Assembly (NCBI GenBank): GCA_964016885.1 | Contig: OZ024760.1 | Coordinates: forward strand, 7,316,001-7,380,000 | DNA: 64,000 nt | Reading direction: 5' to 3' | Origin: Eledone cirrhosa | Lineage: Eukaryota | Shown: piece by piece, positions 25,112-39,034 of the stretch | Layout: each line of letters starts with the position of its first letter | How positions within the stretch are numbered: the first letter of the stretch is position 1 | Program-made: the position numbers and the translations under genes | Notes under the pieces: model-generated | Told to the model about the DNA's origin: nothing | Seen by the model: only the letters and a program-made list of their open reading frames with translations | The model's database searches: none

Positions 25112-25568
25112 TCATCATCACCACCACCACCACCACTATTATCATCATCATCATCATCACCATCATCACCCTCATCACCATCATCATCACCACCACTATC
25201 ATCATCACCACCACCACAATCATCATCATCACCTTCACTCCCCACCTCCACCTCCACCATAACCAATCTCACAATCACCAACACCACCATCATCCCCAAC
25301 AGCATCATCATCACCACCACCACAACCAACAACAATCACCACTACCATCACCTTCACCACCACCACCACCACCGTGTCATCATCATTTTCATCTCCCACC
25401 ACCACCACCAACAACACAATCATCAACACCACCACTACCACCACCATCGCCAACACCACCACCACCACCACCACCAACACCACCACCACCAACACCACCA
25501 CCAACAGCACCACCACCACCAACACCATCACCACCACCAATACCACCACCACCACCACCAACGCCACC

Positions 25569-25599
<31 letters not shown>

Positions 25600-26195
25600 C
25601 CACCAACGCCACCACCACCACCAACGCCACCACCACCAACGCCACCACCACCACCACCACCAATACCACCACCACCACCACCAACGCCACCAACACCACC
25701 ACCACCAACACCACCACCACCACCAACACCACCAACACCAACACCATCACCACCAATGACAACACCACCACCACCACCACCACCATCACCACCACCACCA
25801 CCAATGACAACATCACTACCACCACCACCACCACCACCACCACCACCACCAACACCACCAGCACCAGCACAACCATTACCATTACCAGCACCACCACCAT
25901 CACCACTACCACCACCATCACCAACGCCACCACCAACAACACCAACGCCACCACCACCGCCACCACCACCACCATCATTACCAGCACCACCACCATCACC
26001 ACTACCACCACCACCACCACCACCACCACCATCACCACCATCACCACCACCATCACCACTACCACCACCACCACCACCACCACCACCATCACCACCACCA
26101 CCACCACCATCACCACCACCACCACCACCACCATCACCACCACCACCATCACCACCACCAACACCACCACCACCACCACCATCACCACCACCATT

Positions 26196-26228
<33 letters not shown>

Positions 26229-26320
26229 ACCACTACCACCACCATCACCACCACCACCATCACCACTACCACCACCATCACCAACGCCACCACCACCACC
26301 ACCACCGCCACCACCACCAT
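25112..26320. repeat. (ACC/ATC/AAC)n low-complexity array; similar arrays at 30050-30640, 35560-35947 and 46935-47290
   Basis: Degenerate trinucleotide repeat. Confidence 0.95.
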
Positions 26321-26711
26321 ATTATCCTCATGACATCAGGTTGTTTCCCAGGCTGGGTAAATTACAGCTGCTGTTCACCCACCACTACTACTCTCAACCC
26401 CACCCCCACCAACCCTCACCCTCACCCTCACTGACTGAAACTCTCTCTCTCTCTCTTTCTCTTTCTCTCCCCCCACCTCTACACACCTGCTACCTAACAA
26501 CTAACATCACACATCTTATATTATCAACTATCAACACAGAACGCCCCCACCCTCACTCCCAACCCCCAGTAGATTACTGCAGAGCAGATATTGGATATCT
26601 TAATATTTAAATAGTATATGAGGGTGTATATATATATGTATATATGTATATATGTATATATATATATATATGTATATATGTATATATGTATATATATGAT
26701 ATGTTTATGTA

Positions 26712-26902
26712 TAATTGTTTCTATTTTAGGCACAAGGCCAGCAATTACCCAGTACATTACTGGTACTTTATTTTATCGACCCCGTAAGGATGAAAGGCAA
26801 AGTTAACCTCGGCGGGATTTGAACTCAGATCATAAAGGGACGTAACTCTATGCTTCAAAGCATGGCGTCCGACTCTCTACCGATACTGCCAATCCACCGC
26901 CC
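26712..26902 (-). mobile_element. tRNA-derived SINE family B (~190 bp). Other copies near 16106-16245, 16287-16399, 30848-31228 (tandem pair), 32250-32390, 34364-34712 (pair), 45797-45985 and 47870-48060
   Basis: Head GGATTGGCAGTATCGGTAGAG...GAGTTCAAATCCC, core GCCTTTCATCCTTACGGGGTCGATAAAATAAAGTACC, tail GGCCTTGTGCC...GAAACAATTAT. Confidence 0.85.
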
Positions 26903-27113
26903 TTGTGTTTATGTATAATAAGCGTACATAAGTCTTGCTATATATATATATATAGAGAGAGAGAGAGGTAGAACACTGGAAGGTAATATCCGTAGTGGTA
27001 GAACACTCAGTCCATGGGACGAGTTAGGTAGAAGTGGTAACACAACAGTTAGTTCACCATACCATGGTGAACTAACTGTTGTGTTACCACTTCTATATAT
27101 ATATACATATATA

Positions 27114-27151
<38 letters not shown>

Positions 27152-27155
<4 letters not shown>

Positions 27156-27483
27156 CAATTCTTGGACTGGGTGGTGCGTTGTTTCCTTGAGCAAGACACT
27201 TTATTTCACATTGCTCCAGTTTACTCAGCTGTAGAAATGAGATGATAGGGACTGGGGTCGATATCATTCCACTGCAAAGTGGTTGTGGAGGTGTCACGGC
27301 AAAAAAAGCACCCAGCCCACACTGTAAAGTGGTCGTGGAGGTGCCACGGTAAAAAAGCACCCAGCACTCACTGTAAATGAGGTTGGTGTTAGGAAGGGCA
27401 TCCAGCTGTAGAAATCAAGCCAGCATCAGTTCCCGTCCCACCCTTGCAAGCAGGAAAAAAGCGGACGTAAAATGAAATGATGA
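27152..27483 (+). mobile_element. SINE family A, 5'-truncated
   Basis: Same core and tail as the other family A copies. Confidence 0.85.
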
Positions 27484-28370
27484 TATATATTTTTATTATA
27501 TATATATATATATATATATGATGTGTTTATGTATAATCAACATGTATAAGTCTCGCTATGAACATTTTAAGCCGCGATCATGTCACAGCTATCTCAGTAG
27601 CTATCTAACAAGTTAATTTCCATAGAATACGAGTTTGACTGGCTGGGAGTAATTAGCAATGGGATGTGTCTGGGCAATAGCAGACAGACCAACATCATCA
27701 CTACCACAATGATATAATGCTATAAAAAAAAATGGACAGGTTGATAAGGGAAGACAGGGGAAAAAGGTAACAAAGTTAAGAAACCATTCTAGAACAAGTT
27801 TCTTGGTTCCTCCTATATTTTATTGCATATCTCATATTTACTCTTTTGATACTAACCTGCTGAAAACTGTCTGAGGTTCTATGAAACAAAACCACCCGTT
27901 TTTAAAGGCTTCTTATTTAGATTGATACTTTCCCATGTTTTCTTACGTTAAGTTACAAAAGCCGTCTTGATAATTATATAATTTCATATTTTTAGTAACT
28001 CCTTTCATGTCGTTTTTTCATTAAATAGTTGAAATGTGGTGTAATTCATTAGAAATACGGTCACGGAAGGGTTAAATTCTTCTTTAGAGCCATGACAGAT
28101 GGATTAGGTGGGTGATTTAGTTGAGCTGTACTGTTTACTGTTTGCTGGGGGTTAACAGATTTGTTGAAAGAGTCCACCTTCACCACCACCACACAACAAC
28201 AATACAGTCCTAGGCTGGAGAGACTCGATTAAAGGGAGGTAAATGAGAATTTCTGCTGATATTCCCAGTAATCACTGCCAGGTATTGTCATCTCTGATGC
28301 CTCCATCCTGTAAATATAGGAGAAACAATTTTGGATGAGAACAAAACTGATACACATATATGTAAGCTAC

Positions 28371-28404
<34 letters not shown>

Positions 28405-28568
28405 GTAGAAGTTATATTTAATTTGTTGGGATACAACAAGCAAATATTTTTATAACTGATATAAAGCACTCAACAAATTTTTGGAGTAAAAATACAATAT
28501 ATTAACAAATGGAAACTATATTTATAAAACCATATTTATTTCATTATACATAAAACTGATCTATATTA

Positions 28569-28633
28569 TATTTTATCTGATGAAAGCGCACCATAATTTG
28601 CCTTGGTGTCCTTGAAATATGTATAATGAAATA
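28569..28633 (+). ncRNA. Type I hammerhead ribozyme, family of 7109-7173
   Basis: tattttat-CTGATGA-aagcgcacca...tggtgtcctt-GAAA-tatgta-TA^atgaaata. Confidence 0.78.
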
Positions 28634-28664
28634 AATATGGTTTTATAAATATAGTTTCCATTTG

Positions 28665-28725
<61 letters not shown>

Positions 28726-29120
28726 AATACAATATCGGAGAAAGCTTTTTAGCGATACTCCAGCCAAATTCCAACTCACTCAACATTAGGAAATAAGTGA
28801 TTATATTCCCAATTATGTGTTCGGGGTGCTAACTAAAAGTATTGCGTGGAAAATTGGCTGTATTATTTCAAATGAGACATATTTATCAAGTAAGTATGTT
28901 TTGAAACAGAGAGCAGGTTTGAAATTAGAAAATATATAGCTTTCACCGTATTTTTGACTAAAGGAATTTTAGCCTGATAATGGGGTTTAGAACCCTCAGA
29001 TAAATGGAAAAAGATGAGTATTGACTCCCATGTACATCATGCTCATCTTTTTCCATTTATCTGAGGGTTCTAAACCCCATTATCAGGCTAAAATTCCTTT
29101 AGTCAAAAATACGGTGAAAG

Positions 29121-29163
<43 letters not shown>

Positions 29164-29197
29164 TAAAACCACAGAATATGTGTATATATATATATAT

Positions 29198-29310
<113 letters not shown>

Positions 29311-29389
29311 ATATATATTATATATATATATATTATATATATATATATATATTATATATATATATATATATATAATATATATATATAAT

Positions 29390-29469
<80 letters not shown>

Positions 29470-29591
29470 TATATATAATATATAGATATATATATATATA
29501 ATATATAGATATATATATTATATATATATATATATATTATATATCATCATTTCATTTTACGTCCGCTTTTCCCTGCTTGCAAGGGTGGGAC

Positions 29592-29623
<32 letters not shown>

Positions 29624-29700
29624 ATATATATTATATATATATATATATATTATATATATATATATATATTATATATATATATATATATTATATATATATA

Positions 29701-29794
<94 letters not shown>

Positions 29795-30523
29795 AATCTT
29801 AACTCTTCTTTCTATTTTTTCTTTGTTCTCTTCCTGTCTCCCCCTCTTCATCTCCCTCTCCCACTCACCCCCACAACCCCCCCCTTTCCCAGCCTCCACA
29901 CCAACGCCACCCCCACCCCCCAACAACAGCTGTTACAGAGAATTGTTCATCCTCATGTCATTTACTAAATGTTTCCTTTCTTGTTGCTGCACTTGTGCTG
30001 CACAGGGATGTATCAACCACAGCTGCAGCAGCAACTGCACTACTGCTAACAACACCACCACCACCACCACCACCACTGACAACATCACTACCACCACAAC
30101 CAACACCACCATCACACCAATGACAACATCACCACAACACCATCACCACCACCATCACCACCACCACCAATGACAACATCACTACCACCACCACCACCAC
30201 CACCACTACCACCACTGACAACATCACTACCACCACCACCACCACCACCACCACCACCACCACCCTCAATCACCACTACCACCACTACCATCACCACCAC
30301 CACCACCACCAATGACAACATCACTACCACCACCACCACCACCACCACCACCACCAATGACGATGATGGCGGTTACAATGGTGGTGATGATGGTGATGAT
30401 GGTGACAATGGTTGTGGTGGTGGTGGCAGTGGTGATGATGTGGTGGTGGGGATGATGATGATGATGGTGGTGGTGGTGGTGGTGATGTGGTGATGGTAGT
30501 GATGATGTTGATGATGATGATGG

Positions 30524-30582
<59 letters not shown>

Positions 30583-30733
30583 TTGATGATGATGATGGTT
30601 GTGGTGGTGTTGTGGTGATGATGATGATGATGAAGATGATTAAGACTTTAAAATAAACAGTATTGTCCTATAGAGCCTCCAGTGAAGGCATTAAGTAGTA
30701 TTACGTGGTATTAAAAGGGTTAAAGGGTTAAAG

Positions 30734-32590
30734 CAGAGGTTCTCAAACTATTTGTGCCCCTGCCCACCTCATGGCCACGTAATGCCCCCCCCCCACCCTA
30801 TTTACAGAGAGACCTGCCTATACGCAAATTGTAAATAATATATAATAATTGTTTCTACTTTTGGCACAAGGCCAGCAATTATCTCAGTGCATTACTGGTA
30901 CTTTATTTTATCGACCCCGTAACGATGAAAGGCAAAGTTTACCTCGGCGGGATTTGAACTCAGATCATAAAGGGCCGTAACTCCATGCTGCAAAGCATGG
31001 CATCCGACCCTCTACCGATACTGCCAATCCACCACCCTTATAATATATAATTGTTTCTACTTTAGGCACAAGGCCAGCAATTATCCCAGTACATTACTGG
31101 TACTTTATTTTATCGACCCCATAAGGATGAAAGGCAAAGTCAACCTCGGCGGGATTTGAACTCAGATCGTAAAGGGACGTAACTATGCTGGAAAGCATGG
31201 CGTCCAACCCTCTACCGATACTGCCAATAATAATGATAATAATCTTAACTATAATAAAGTAAGGAGCGCGGGACTGCGTACGGTTTATAGTATTTTATCC
31301 CATTAGTAAAATAAGTTGGATTACTTTGAATAAATAATGAATGAATATTATATAATTTATCTACTAAATTTCGTGGCTGTTGATTAAATATATTATATAG
31401 TTTATTTAAAGATTCACTTCTTTAAGATTTCTGAAATGTCAACACTTCCGGTTGGCCATCGCTTAAATAAACATACTAATTTTCTGTCACTAATTTTCTC
31501 CTAATACAGTTTATATATAATATCGTCTTTTTTAATGTATCATAGATTACGTTACTGATTAAATAAGATAGTGTAACGCAGTCTTCATTCAATTTCTATG
31601 TATTATATATTGTCAATTACAATTTTATTTGATGTATCATATCTACATGTATATATTCATTCATTTCATTTCATTTCATTTTACATCCGCTTTTCCCTGC
31701 TTGCAAGGGTGGGACGGGAACTGAGTTTTTGGCTTGATTTCTACAGCTGGATGCCCTTCCTAACACCAACCTCATTTACAGTGAGTGCTGGGTGCTTTTT
31801 TTGCCGTGGCACCTCCACGACCACTTTGCAGTGGAATATATATATATATATTAATATACACACTACACATGCTAGCAGAAAACCACCCGGGATGGGGGGG
31901 GGGTTCTTTTAGTATATAATAATGATAATAGACTGTATGTTTATTTTAAAACATTTTGAAGACGATTTGCCATGAATTTTTAAGCAGTGACTACATCACT
32001 TATTAGTCTCGGCAAAAGCAAAGGTGTTAATTGACAGTCCCATTTCTTGCTCATAAGCAGTTATCAAGAGTACATACTCCTTCACTTCTGCCGAGAGTTA
32101 TTGAAACTAGATTCTTATAGAATTCCAGTTACGTTTAAGGGCTGATTAAACAGAGCAGTTGCCGGTCTAGCAAAAATTAGGGATTAGTATTGGTGTTCTG
32201 AAATAACGATGTATATAATAAATTAAATCATTAATTTATATATAATAACAGCATAGTTACGTCCCTTTATGGTCTGAGTTCAAATCGCGCCGAGGTTAAC
32301 TTTGCCTTTCATCCCTACGGGGTCAATAAAATAAAGTACCAGTAATGTACTGGGTTTTTGCTGGCCTTGTGCCAAAAGTAGAAACAATTATTTTATATAT
32401 AATAAATAATATAATATATACTATGTATAAATAAATATATATTTTTTTTTATTTTACTATATTTATATATTTAATATTATCATTTGATATTTAATATACT
32501 ATTATATCATCCCTACCATACCCCTACCACCCCATGGACCTTTGTACCCCCTCCCCCCCGGAGTAGTTGCACCCTCTTTGAGTACCCCTG
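30734..32590. mobile_element. Decayed non-autonomous hAT (Charlie-like) element with nested SINEs
   Basis: Left end CAGAGGTTCTCAAAC vs right end CAGGGGTACTCAAAG (reverse complement). Flanks GGTTAAAG / GGTCAAAG match at 7 of 8 positions. Confidence 0.6.
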
Positions 32591-32675
32591 GGTCAAAGGG
32601 CAACTGACCGAGATAATGTCTGACTGGTAGGTGTTGTTTACACACCAACTAGGTTAACTATGTAATTGAAACCGG

Positions 32676-32716
<41 letters not shown>

Positions 32717-32719
32717 AAC

Positions 32720-32887
<168 letters not shown>

Positions 32888-32979
32888 ATATGTATATATA
32901 TATATATATATATTTATTAAAATAACAGATTAAAGTTTAAGCAAAGAATCGCTGCTTTCACCCTTAATTTTATTATTAT

Positions 32980-33018
<39 letters not shown>

Positions 33019-33048
33019 CATATATATATATGTATGAACATATATAAA

Positions 33049-33085
<37 letters not shown>

Positions 33086-33190
33086 GTATATATATATATA
33101 CATTTAGATATATATATATACATACATATATATATATATACATACATATATATACATTTATATATATATACATATATATATATATATGTT

Positions 33191-33247
<57 letters not shown>

Positions 33248-34152
33248 GTATATATATATATATGAACATATATATATGTATATATATAAAAATGTATATA
33301 TATATATATATGTATGAACATTTGTATATATATGATGATGATGATGTATATATATATATATATCTTTCTCTGTTTATCTCTCCCCCTTCCTCTCCCCAGT
33401 CTCTCTCTCTATCATATGTAAAATGGCAACATCCTTAATTTACGTTTGTTTCGTTGTTATTTTTCTACTTTCTAAAGAGGAGAGGTTAACTTGTTCTCTG
33501 TTCACAGACATCACTCTCTAGTCAATTGACAGCACTGATTCCACATATGACCTTTACAGCCATTTCATTCTATATGAGGGCTTCTAACTAGCTTATTGCT
33601 TGTGTATTGCTTGCCTATTGTAGCCTATATATATAACAAACAAATAGTTTAGTAGAATGACCCTGCCATTCTTGCTCTTGTGTTGGCATGTAAAAAGAAC
33701 TGCAGACACTAATGTTTCTGGGTGATTACCCTTCATCAGTACAGTTTATTGCTTACCTACCAAATTGTCAGAGCTAGTGAAAATATATGATATTTTCTAA
33801 AATATACAGTGACTGATCGGCCTGATTTGCATATTAGCAGACTGGCTGATCAATCAGATCTGCATATTAGCAGATCCACTGATCAGCCAGATTTGCATAT
33901 CAGCAAATAAACCAGTCAGTTTCATATATACGAGCAATTAATGGCCGGCTTTGCCATATTCAAATAACAAACAAATAGTTTATTGCCCTACATGGCTAAA
34001 TACAATAAATGTAATCTGAGTTTTTCGAATATTAATAATAATATTTGGGGTCACAGAGAAATGGGCGAAGTCTTCTAGAACATCATCTTTGTCCATTCCC
34101 TTGTCGTTTTAACTTGGATTGCCTCATGAATGTAATCTTATTATCTAAGAAG

Positions 34153-34225
34153 CTGTCTGATGAGATCATGGCACTGGGTACGCGGATTAGCATGGCCACT
34201 GTCGTCATTGAAATATGTATCACAG
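34153..34225 (+). ncRNA. Type I hammerhead ribozyme candidate with a long stem II
   Basis: ctgt-CTGATGA-gatcatggca...tgtcgtcatt-GAAA-tatgta-TC^acag. Confidence 0.65.
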
Positions 34226-35186
34226 GCTCATCAATAAAGGACTTTAACATCTGAAATTATTTCGCATTTTCTTATTCTATATATACTGTATTTCCCAGCG
34301 CCGAAGACGCTTCTTCCTCGATGATGTACCCTAGTTTTGAAAATCAAAAATTTGAAATAAAATAATTGTTTCTACTTTTGGCACAAGGCCAGCAATTATC
34401 CCAGTACATTACTGGTACTTTATTTTATCGACCCCGTAAGGATGAAAGGCAAAGTTAACCTCGGCGGGATTTGAACTAAAAATGTTAAGGGCCGTAACTC
34501 TATGCGTCAAAGCATGGCATCCGACCCTCTACCGATACTGCCAATGCACCATCCTTTGAAAATTTGAAAAAAATAATTGTTTCTACTTTTTGGCACAAGG
34601 CCAGCAATTATCCCAGTACATTACTGGTACTTTATTTTATCGACCCCGTAAGGATGAAAGGCAAAGTTAACCTCGGCGGGAATTGAACTCAGATCGTAAA
34701 GGGACGTAACTATAATAAACAACCTTCAGCCTCCAAGACGCATTGGTAGATTTTTGAGACTTATTTTAGGAAAAAAGTAGCATCTTCGAGGCCAGGAAAT
34801 ATGGTATATATAATATATATATATATAATGTATATATATATAATCGTTAATGAAGAAAACAAGGGGAAAAAATTATATAACCCCAAAAAAATAAACATTA
34901 AATATAAGTATGTATACGTACATACATATATGTATACAGACGTACAGTAGTATGAATATATATATACATACATGCGCACATATATATATGTACATATGGA
35001 TTCACCGAACATTTATTATAATGCTCGGTGTGTTTGTAAACAAACATCCCGAATTAAGCCGTACAGTGTCCAGCAACCATCATTGTTCATTTATTCAACA
35101 CTGACAAAGGAACGCTGTACTAGTTTCAAGCTTATTAGCTATCGTCAAATAAACATTGATAAAAATAAAAAAACAACATATCTAAC

Positions 35187-35529
35187 TTTTGTTCTCTTGT
35201 TGGTAAATTAGAATCAGAATTCATTAGTATTAACTGGTTGGATGTGACATTGGTAAACTTAGGATACTGGTGCTGTTTGCTGTCACCTGGTGTGTGGTGT
35301 TGGTAGTTCCGAATGAATGGTGCCTGGTTAGCTGTGTTATGTCGTGAGACGTTGGTAAACCTTTGGGACTGGTGATGTATGTTGATATCTGGTGTGTGAT
35401 GTTGGTGGTCCCTAAAGACTGCTATCTGGTTAGCTGTATTCTGTGGTGGGACTTTGGTAATCCCAGAGGTCTGCTGCTCTTTGTTGGGGTCTATCACTAT
35501 TTGGGTAAACTGTTTCCTCACTGGTAACC
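35187..35529 (-). CDS. PPP1R42: Probable PPP1R42 exon 7 (C-terminal repeat region); may instead read through to the stop at 35135
   Basis: Acceptor TCTCTTCTATAG, phase 1 compatible. GLPVRKQFTQIV... stays open for more than 110 codons. Possible donor AA|GTTAGA at 35186. Confidence 0.55.
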
Positions 35530-36587
35530 CTATAGAAGAGACAGACACAAATTGGGGGTTGATGTTGTTGTTGTTGTTATTGTTGAGGTTGTTATTATTG
35601 TTGTTTCTGTGGTAGTTGTTAGTGTTGCTATTGTTGCTGTTGTTGTTGTAGTTGTTGTTAGTGTTGCTGTTGTGGTTGTTGTTGTTGTAATTGTTGTTGT
35701 TAGTGTTGCTGTTGTTGCTGTTGTGGTTGTTGTTGTAGTTGTTGTTGTTAGTGTTGCTATTGTTGCTGTTGTGGTTGTTGTTATTGTAGTTGTTGTTGTT
35801 AGTGTTGCTGTTGTTGTTGCTGTTGTTGTAGTTGTTGTTGCTAGTGTTACTGTTGTTGCTGTTGTGGTTGTTGTTGTAGTTGTTGCTGTTGTGGTTGCTG
35901 TTGTTGTAGTTGTTGCTGCTAGTGTTGCTGTTGTGGTTGTTGTTGTTTGACCCCTGTCATTTCAGGTGGATTCAACATGACACAATAGAGTGGGGTGGGG
36001 TGGGTTAAACATTAATGCTTCCCCCCCCCCCCTCCTCCACACACCCACCCACACATTTGCCTTTCTGGGTTCTTGGACCAATTTGCCAACTGACTCTCCT
36101 ATCTCATCATCATCATCACCACCATCATCATCATCTTATGTCCGCTTGGCTGGGATATATCTTTTACGTCTGATAAAGACAATTATCAAACAGCCAATGC
36201 TAGAGCCAGAGAAAGCTCCTGCATTTAGAAATGGATCAAACCAGTGTCATCGTGTCATTCAGAGAAAACACATAATAACACACTGATGTGTATAAACAAC
36301 CATTAACCCTTTAGCATTTAGACCAGCCATATCCAGCCAGAATTCTCTCACTTTTTTTCTGTTCAAACTGACTATAGCTGGCTTCTCATACTGATGTTAA
36401 GGTATTGTTCTCAAAATAAATAATAGTAGAGACCATTCCACCAATACATACGCAGATACACACAAAAAATTAAAAACAACACACACACTCACTCACATGT
36501 CCCCCTATTTCTAATCTCAGAACAATTGTACTCTCCTGATGAAAGATTAATGTCCGATATGTTTAACTTCTTTCCTCTTTCATTTAA

Positions 36588-36808
36588 CCCTTTAGCATTT
36601 AAACCAAACATATCTGGCCAGAATTCTCTCACCTCTTTCTGTTCAAATTGTCTGTAACTGGCCACTCGTACTGATGTTAAAGTATTGTTCTCAAAATAAA
36701 TAATATCAAAATCTCACAGATTCAATATTATGTGAGATAATTATGTGAGATAAAGCCTTTACTGTGAAAATATAATAGTAAATATAGAGTAATGTAAATG
36801 GTAAAGGG
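36588..36808. mobile_element. piggyBac-type MITE (~220 bp). Other copies near 6226-6420, 11872-12069, 47772-48200, 50021-50210 and 55352-55904
   Basis: TTAA|CCCTTTAGCATTTA...TAAATGGTAAAGGG|TTAA, i.e. TTAA target duplication and CCC/GGG termini. Confidence 0.85.
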
Positions 36809-36872
36809 TTAAGTTGAATAGATGAAAGTATTGGATCTAGTTTTATGATTCAGTTTATATTATACATATACA

Positions 36873-36906
<34 letters not shown>

Positions 36907-37021
36907 GTTTTCACATCAATGCTAGCATGGATGCAGGAGTTGCACAAGGTATTTTTCAATCAGTTTTCTTGATGACAACTCCTTATTTATAAGTATTGTC
37001 ACAACAAAAAAACACCCACCC

Positions 37022-38160
37022 AACACTGTAAAGTGGTTATGTTGGTGTCACTGCAAAAAGCACCCAGTCCACAGTGTAAAGTGGTTATGTTGGTGTCACT
37101 GCAAAAAGCACCCAGTACACACTGTAAAGTGGTCGTGTAGGTGATGCAATAAAAGCACCCAGTATACACTGTAAAGTGGTCGTGTAGGTGATGCAACAAA
37201 AGCACCCAGTACTCACTGAAAAGTGGTCGTGTAGGTGATGCAACAAAAGCACCCAGTACTCACTGTAAAGTGGTCGTGTAGGTGATGCAACAAAAGCACC
37301 CAGTACACACTGTAAAGTGGTTGTGTAGGTGATGCAACAAAAGCACCCAGTACACACTGTAAAGTGGTTGTGTAGGTGATGCAATAAAAGCACCCAGTAT
37401 ACACTGTAAAGTGGTCGTGTAGGTGATGCAACAAAAGCACCCAGTACTCACTGAAAAGTGGTCGTGTAGGTGATGCAACAAAAGCACCCAGTACTCACTG
37501 TAAAGTGGTCGTGTAGGTGATGCAACAAAAGCACCCAGTACACACTGTAAAGTGGTTGTGTAGGTGATGCAACAAAAGCACCCAGTACTCACTGTAAAGT
37601 GGTCGTGTAGGTGATGCAACAAAAGCACCCAGTACACACTGTAAAGTGGTTGTGTAGGTGATGCAACAAAAGCACCCAGTACTCACTGAAAAGTGGTCGT
37701 GTAGGTGATGCAACAAAAGCACCCAGTACACACTGTAAAGTGGTTGTGTAGGTGATGCAACAAAAGCACCCAGTACACACTGTAAAGTGGTCGTGTAGGT
37801 GATGCAACAAAAGCACCCAGTACTCACTGAAAAGTGGTCGTGTAGGTGATGCAACAAAAGCACCCAGTACACACTGTAAAGTGGTCGTGTAGGTGATGCA
37901 ACAAAAGCACCCAGTACACACTGTAAAGTGGTCGTGTAGGTGATGCAATAAAAACACCCAGTACTCACTGTAAAGTGGTCGTGTAGGTGATGCAATAAAA
38001 ACACCCAGTACTCACTGTAAAGTGGTCGTGTAGGTGATGCAACAAAAGCACCCAGTACTCACTGTAAAGTGGTCTTGTAGGTGATGCAACAAAAGCACCC
38101 AGTACTCACTGTAAAGTGGTCGTGTAGGTGATGCAACAAAAGCACCCAGTACTCACTGTA
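37022..38160. repeat. 47-bp minisatellite, about 24 copies, SINE-derived
   Basis: Unit cactgtaaagtggtcgtgtaggtgatgcaacaaaagcacccagtac(a/t). It runs into a SINE tail at 38161-38330. Confidence 0.95.
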
Positions 38161-38830
38161 AAGGAGGTTGGTGTTAGGAAGGTCATCCAGCTGTAGAAAT
38201 CAAGTCAAAATCAGTTCCGTATGAGTAAGGCATGGTCACCTGACCTGGCATTGCCCAGAACAGGACAACTGGTCTAACCCATGCCAGTGTGGAAAAATGG
38301 ATGTAAAATGGTGATGATGATGATGATGATGATTGTAGCCACAGTATTTCTGCCGATCCTCATCTGTCAAACTGATAAGCTAGCTGAAGGACATAAACAA
38401 ATGGCACTGTAGCCCCAATCCTTGCTAGCAGGGAATGCAGACATTAAATGTTGATGATGATGGTGTATGTCTTCATATTGATACAGAATTTAAAAAAAAA
38501 AAAAAATAATGCCATATTGTCATGTTGAATCCCCCCGATTCACCAACACTTGTTAGAAACAACAGTGGTCAAACAAAACAATCCTATAATGGAATGGAGG
38601 TCACCTCTTCCTGAGCCCTCCCCTCTCTCTCCCTCTCCAATCAGTCTTTTTCCACAATGCAAACTGTCTCTTTGTTCCCGTATCTTTGAAGAGTATTATG
38701 GTATTGTGTTGTTTTCTAGGTGATGTTGGGAGACAAGCTGTTACAGGTAACATTTGGATGTTGGCTGTGTAAATATATACACAGGTGGTGAATTGGCAGT
38801 CGTTAGAATGTTGGATAGAATGGTTTATGG

Positions 38831-39034
38831 CAGGCCATGTCAAACTGATGGTTCTCTGAAAGCCACATCGATCATTTATGTGTTGTCTGTGGGGCCACAC
38901 ATGACAACTAATTCTGCACATTACAACTAATTTTTTTTATTTTATATTACAAAGATAAAGCATGCTCGCGCTGTAAAAATCTTTGTACGAGGCCGCAAGT
39001 GTGTTTGTAAAGGGCCACATGTTTGACATGCCTG
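38831..39034. mobile_element. hAT-type MITE inserted into a SINE head
   Basis: TIRs CAGGCCATGTCAAAC / GTTTGACATGCCTG with a perfect 8-bp TSD GTTTATGG (38823-38830 and 39035-39042). Confidence 0.85.

Noticed and set aside
34078-34330. Candidate terminal PPP1R42 exon
   Set aside because: No convincing peptide in a compatible phase; the region carries a + strand hammerhead and looks element-derived.
36060-36169. Exon-like segment with a good acceptor between PPP1R42 exons 6 and 7
   Set aside because: All three phases hit stops quickly, and exon 6 joins 35529 in frame.
36537-36565. CTGATGAaagattaatgtccGATA as a hammerhead (similar weak hits at ~48283 and ~60277)
   Set aside because: The GAAA box is broken and the stems are unsupported.
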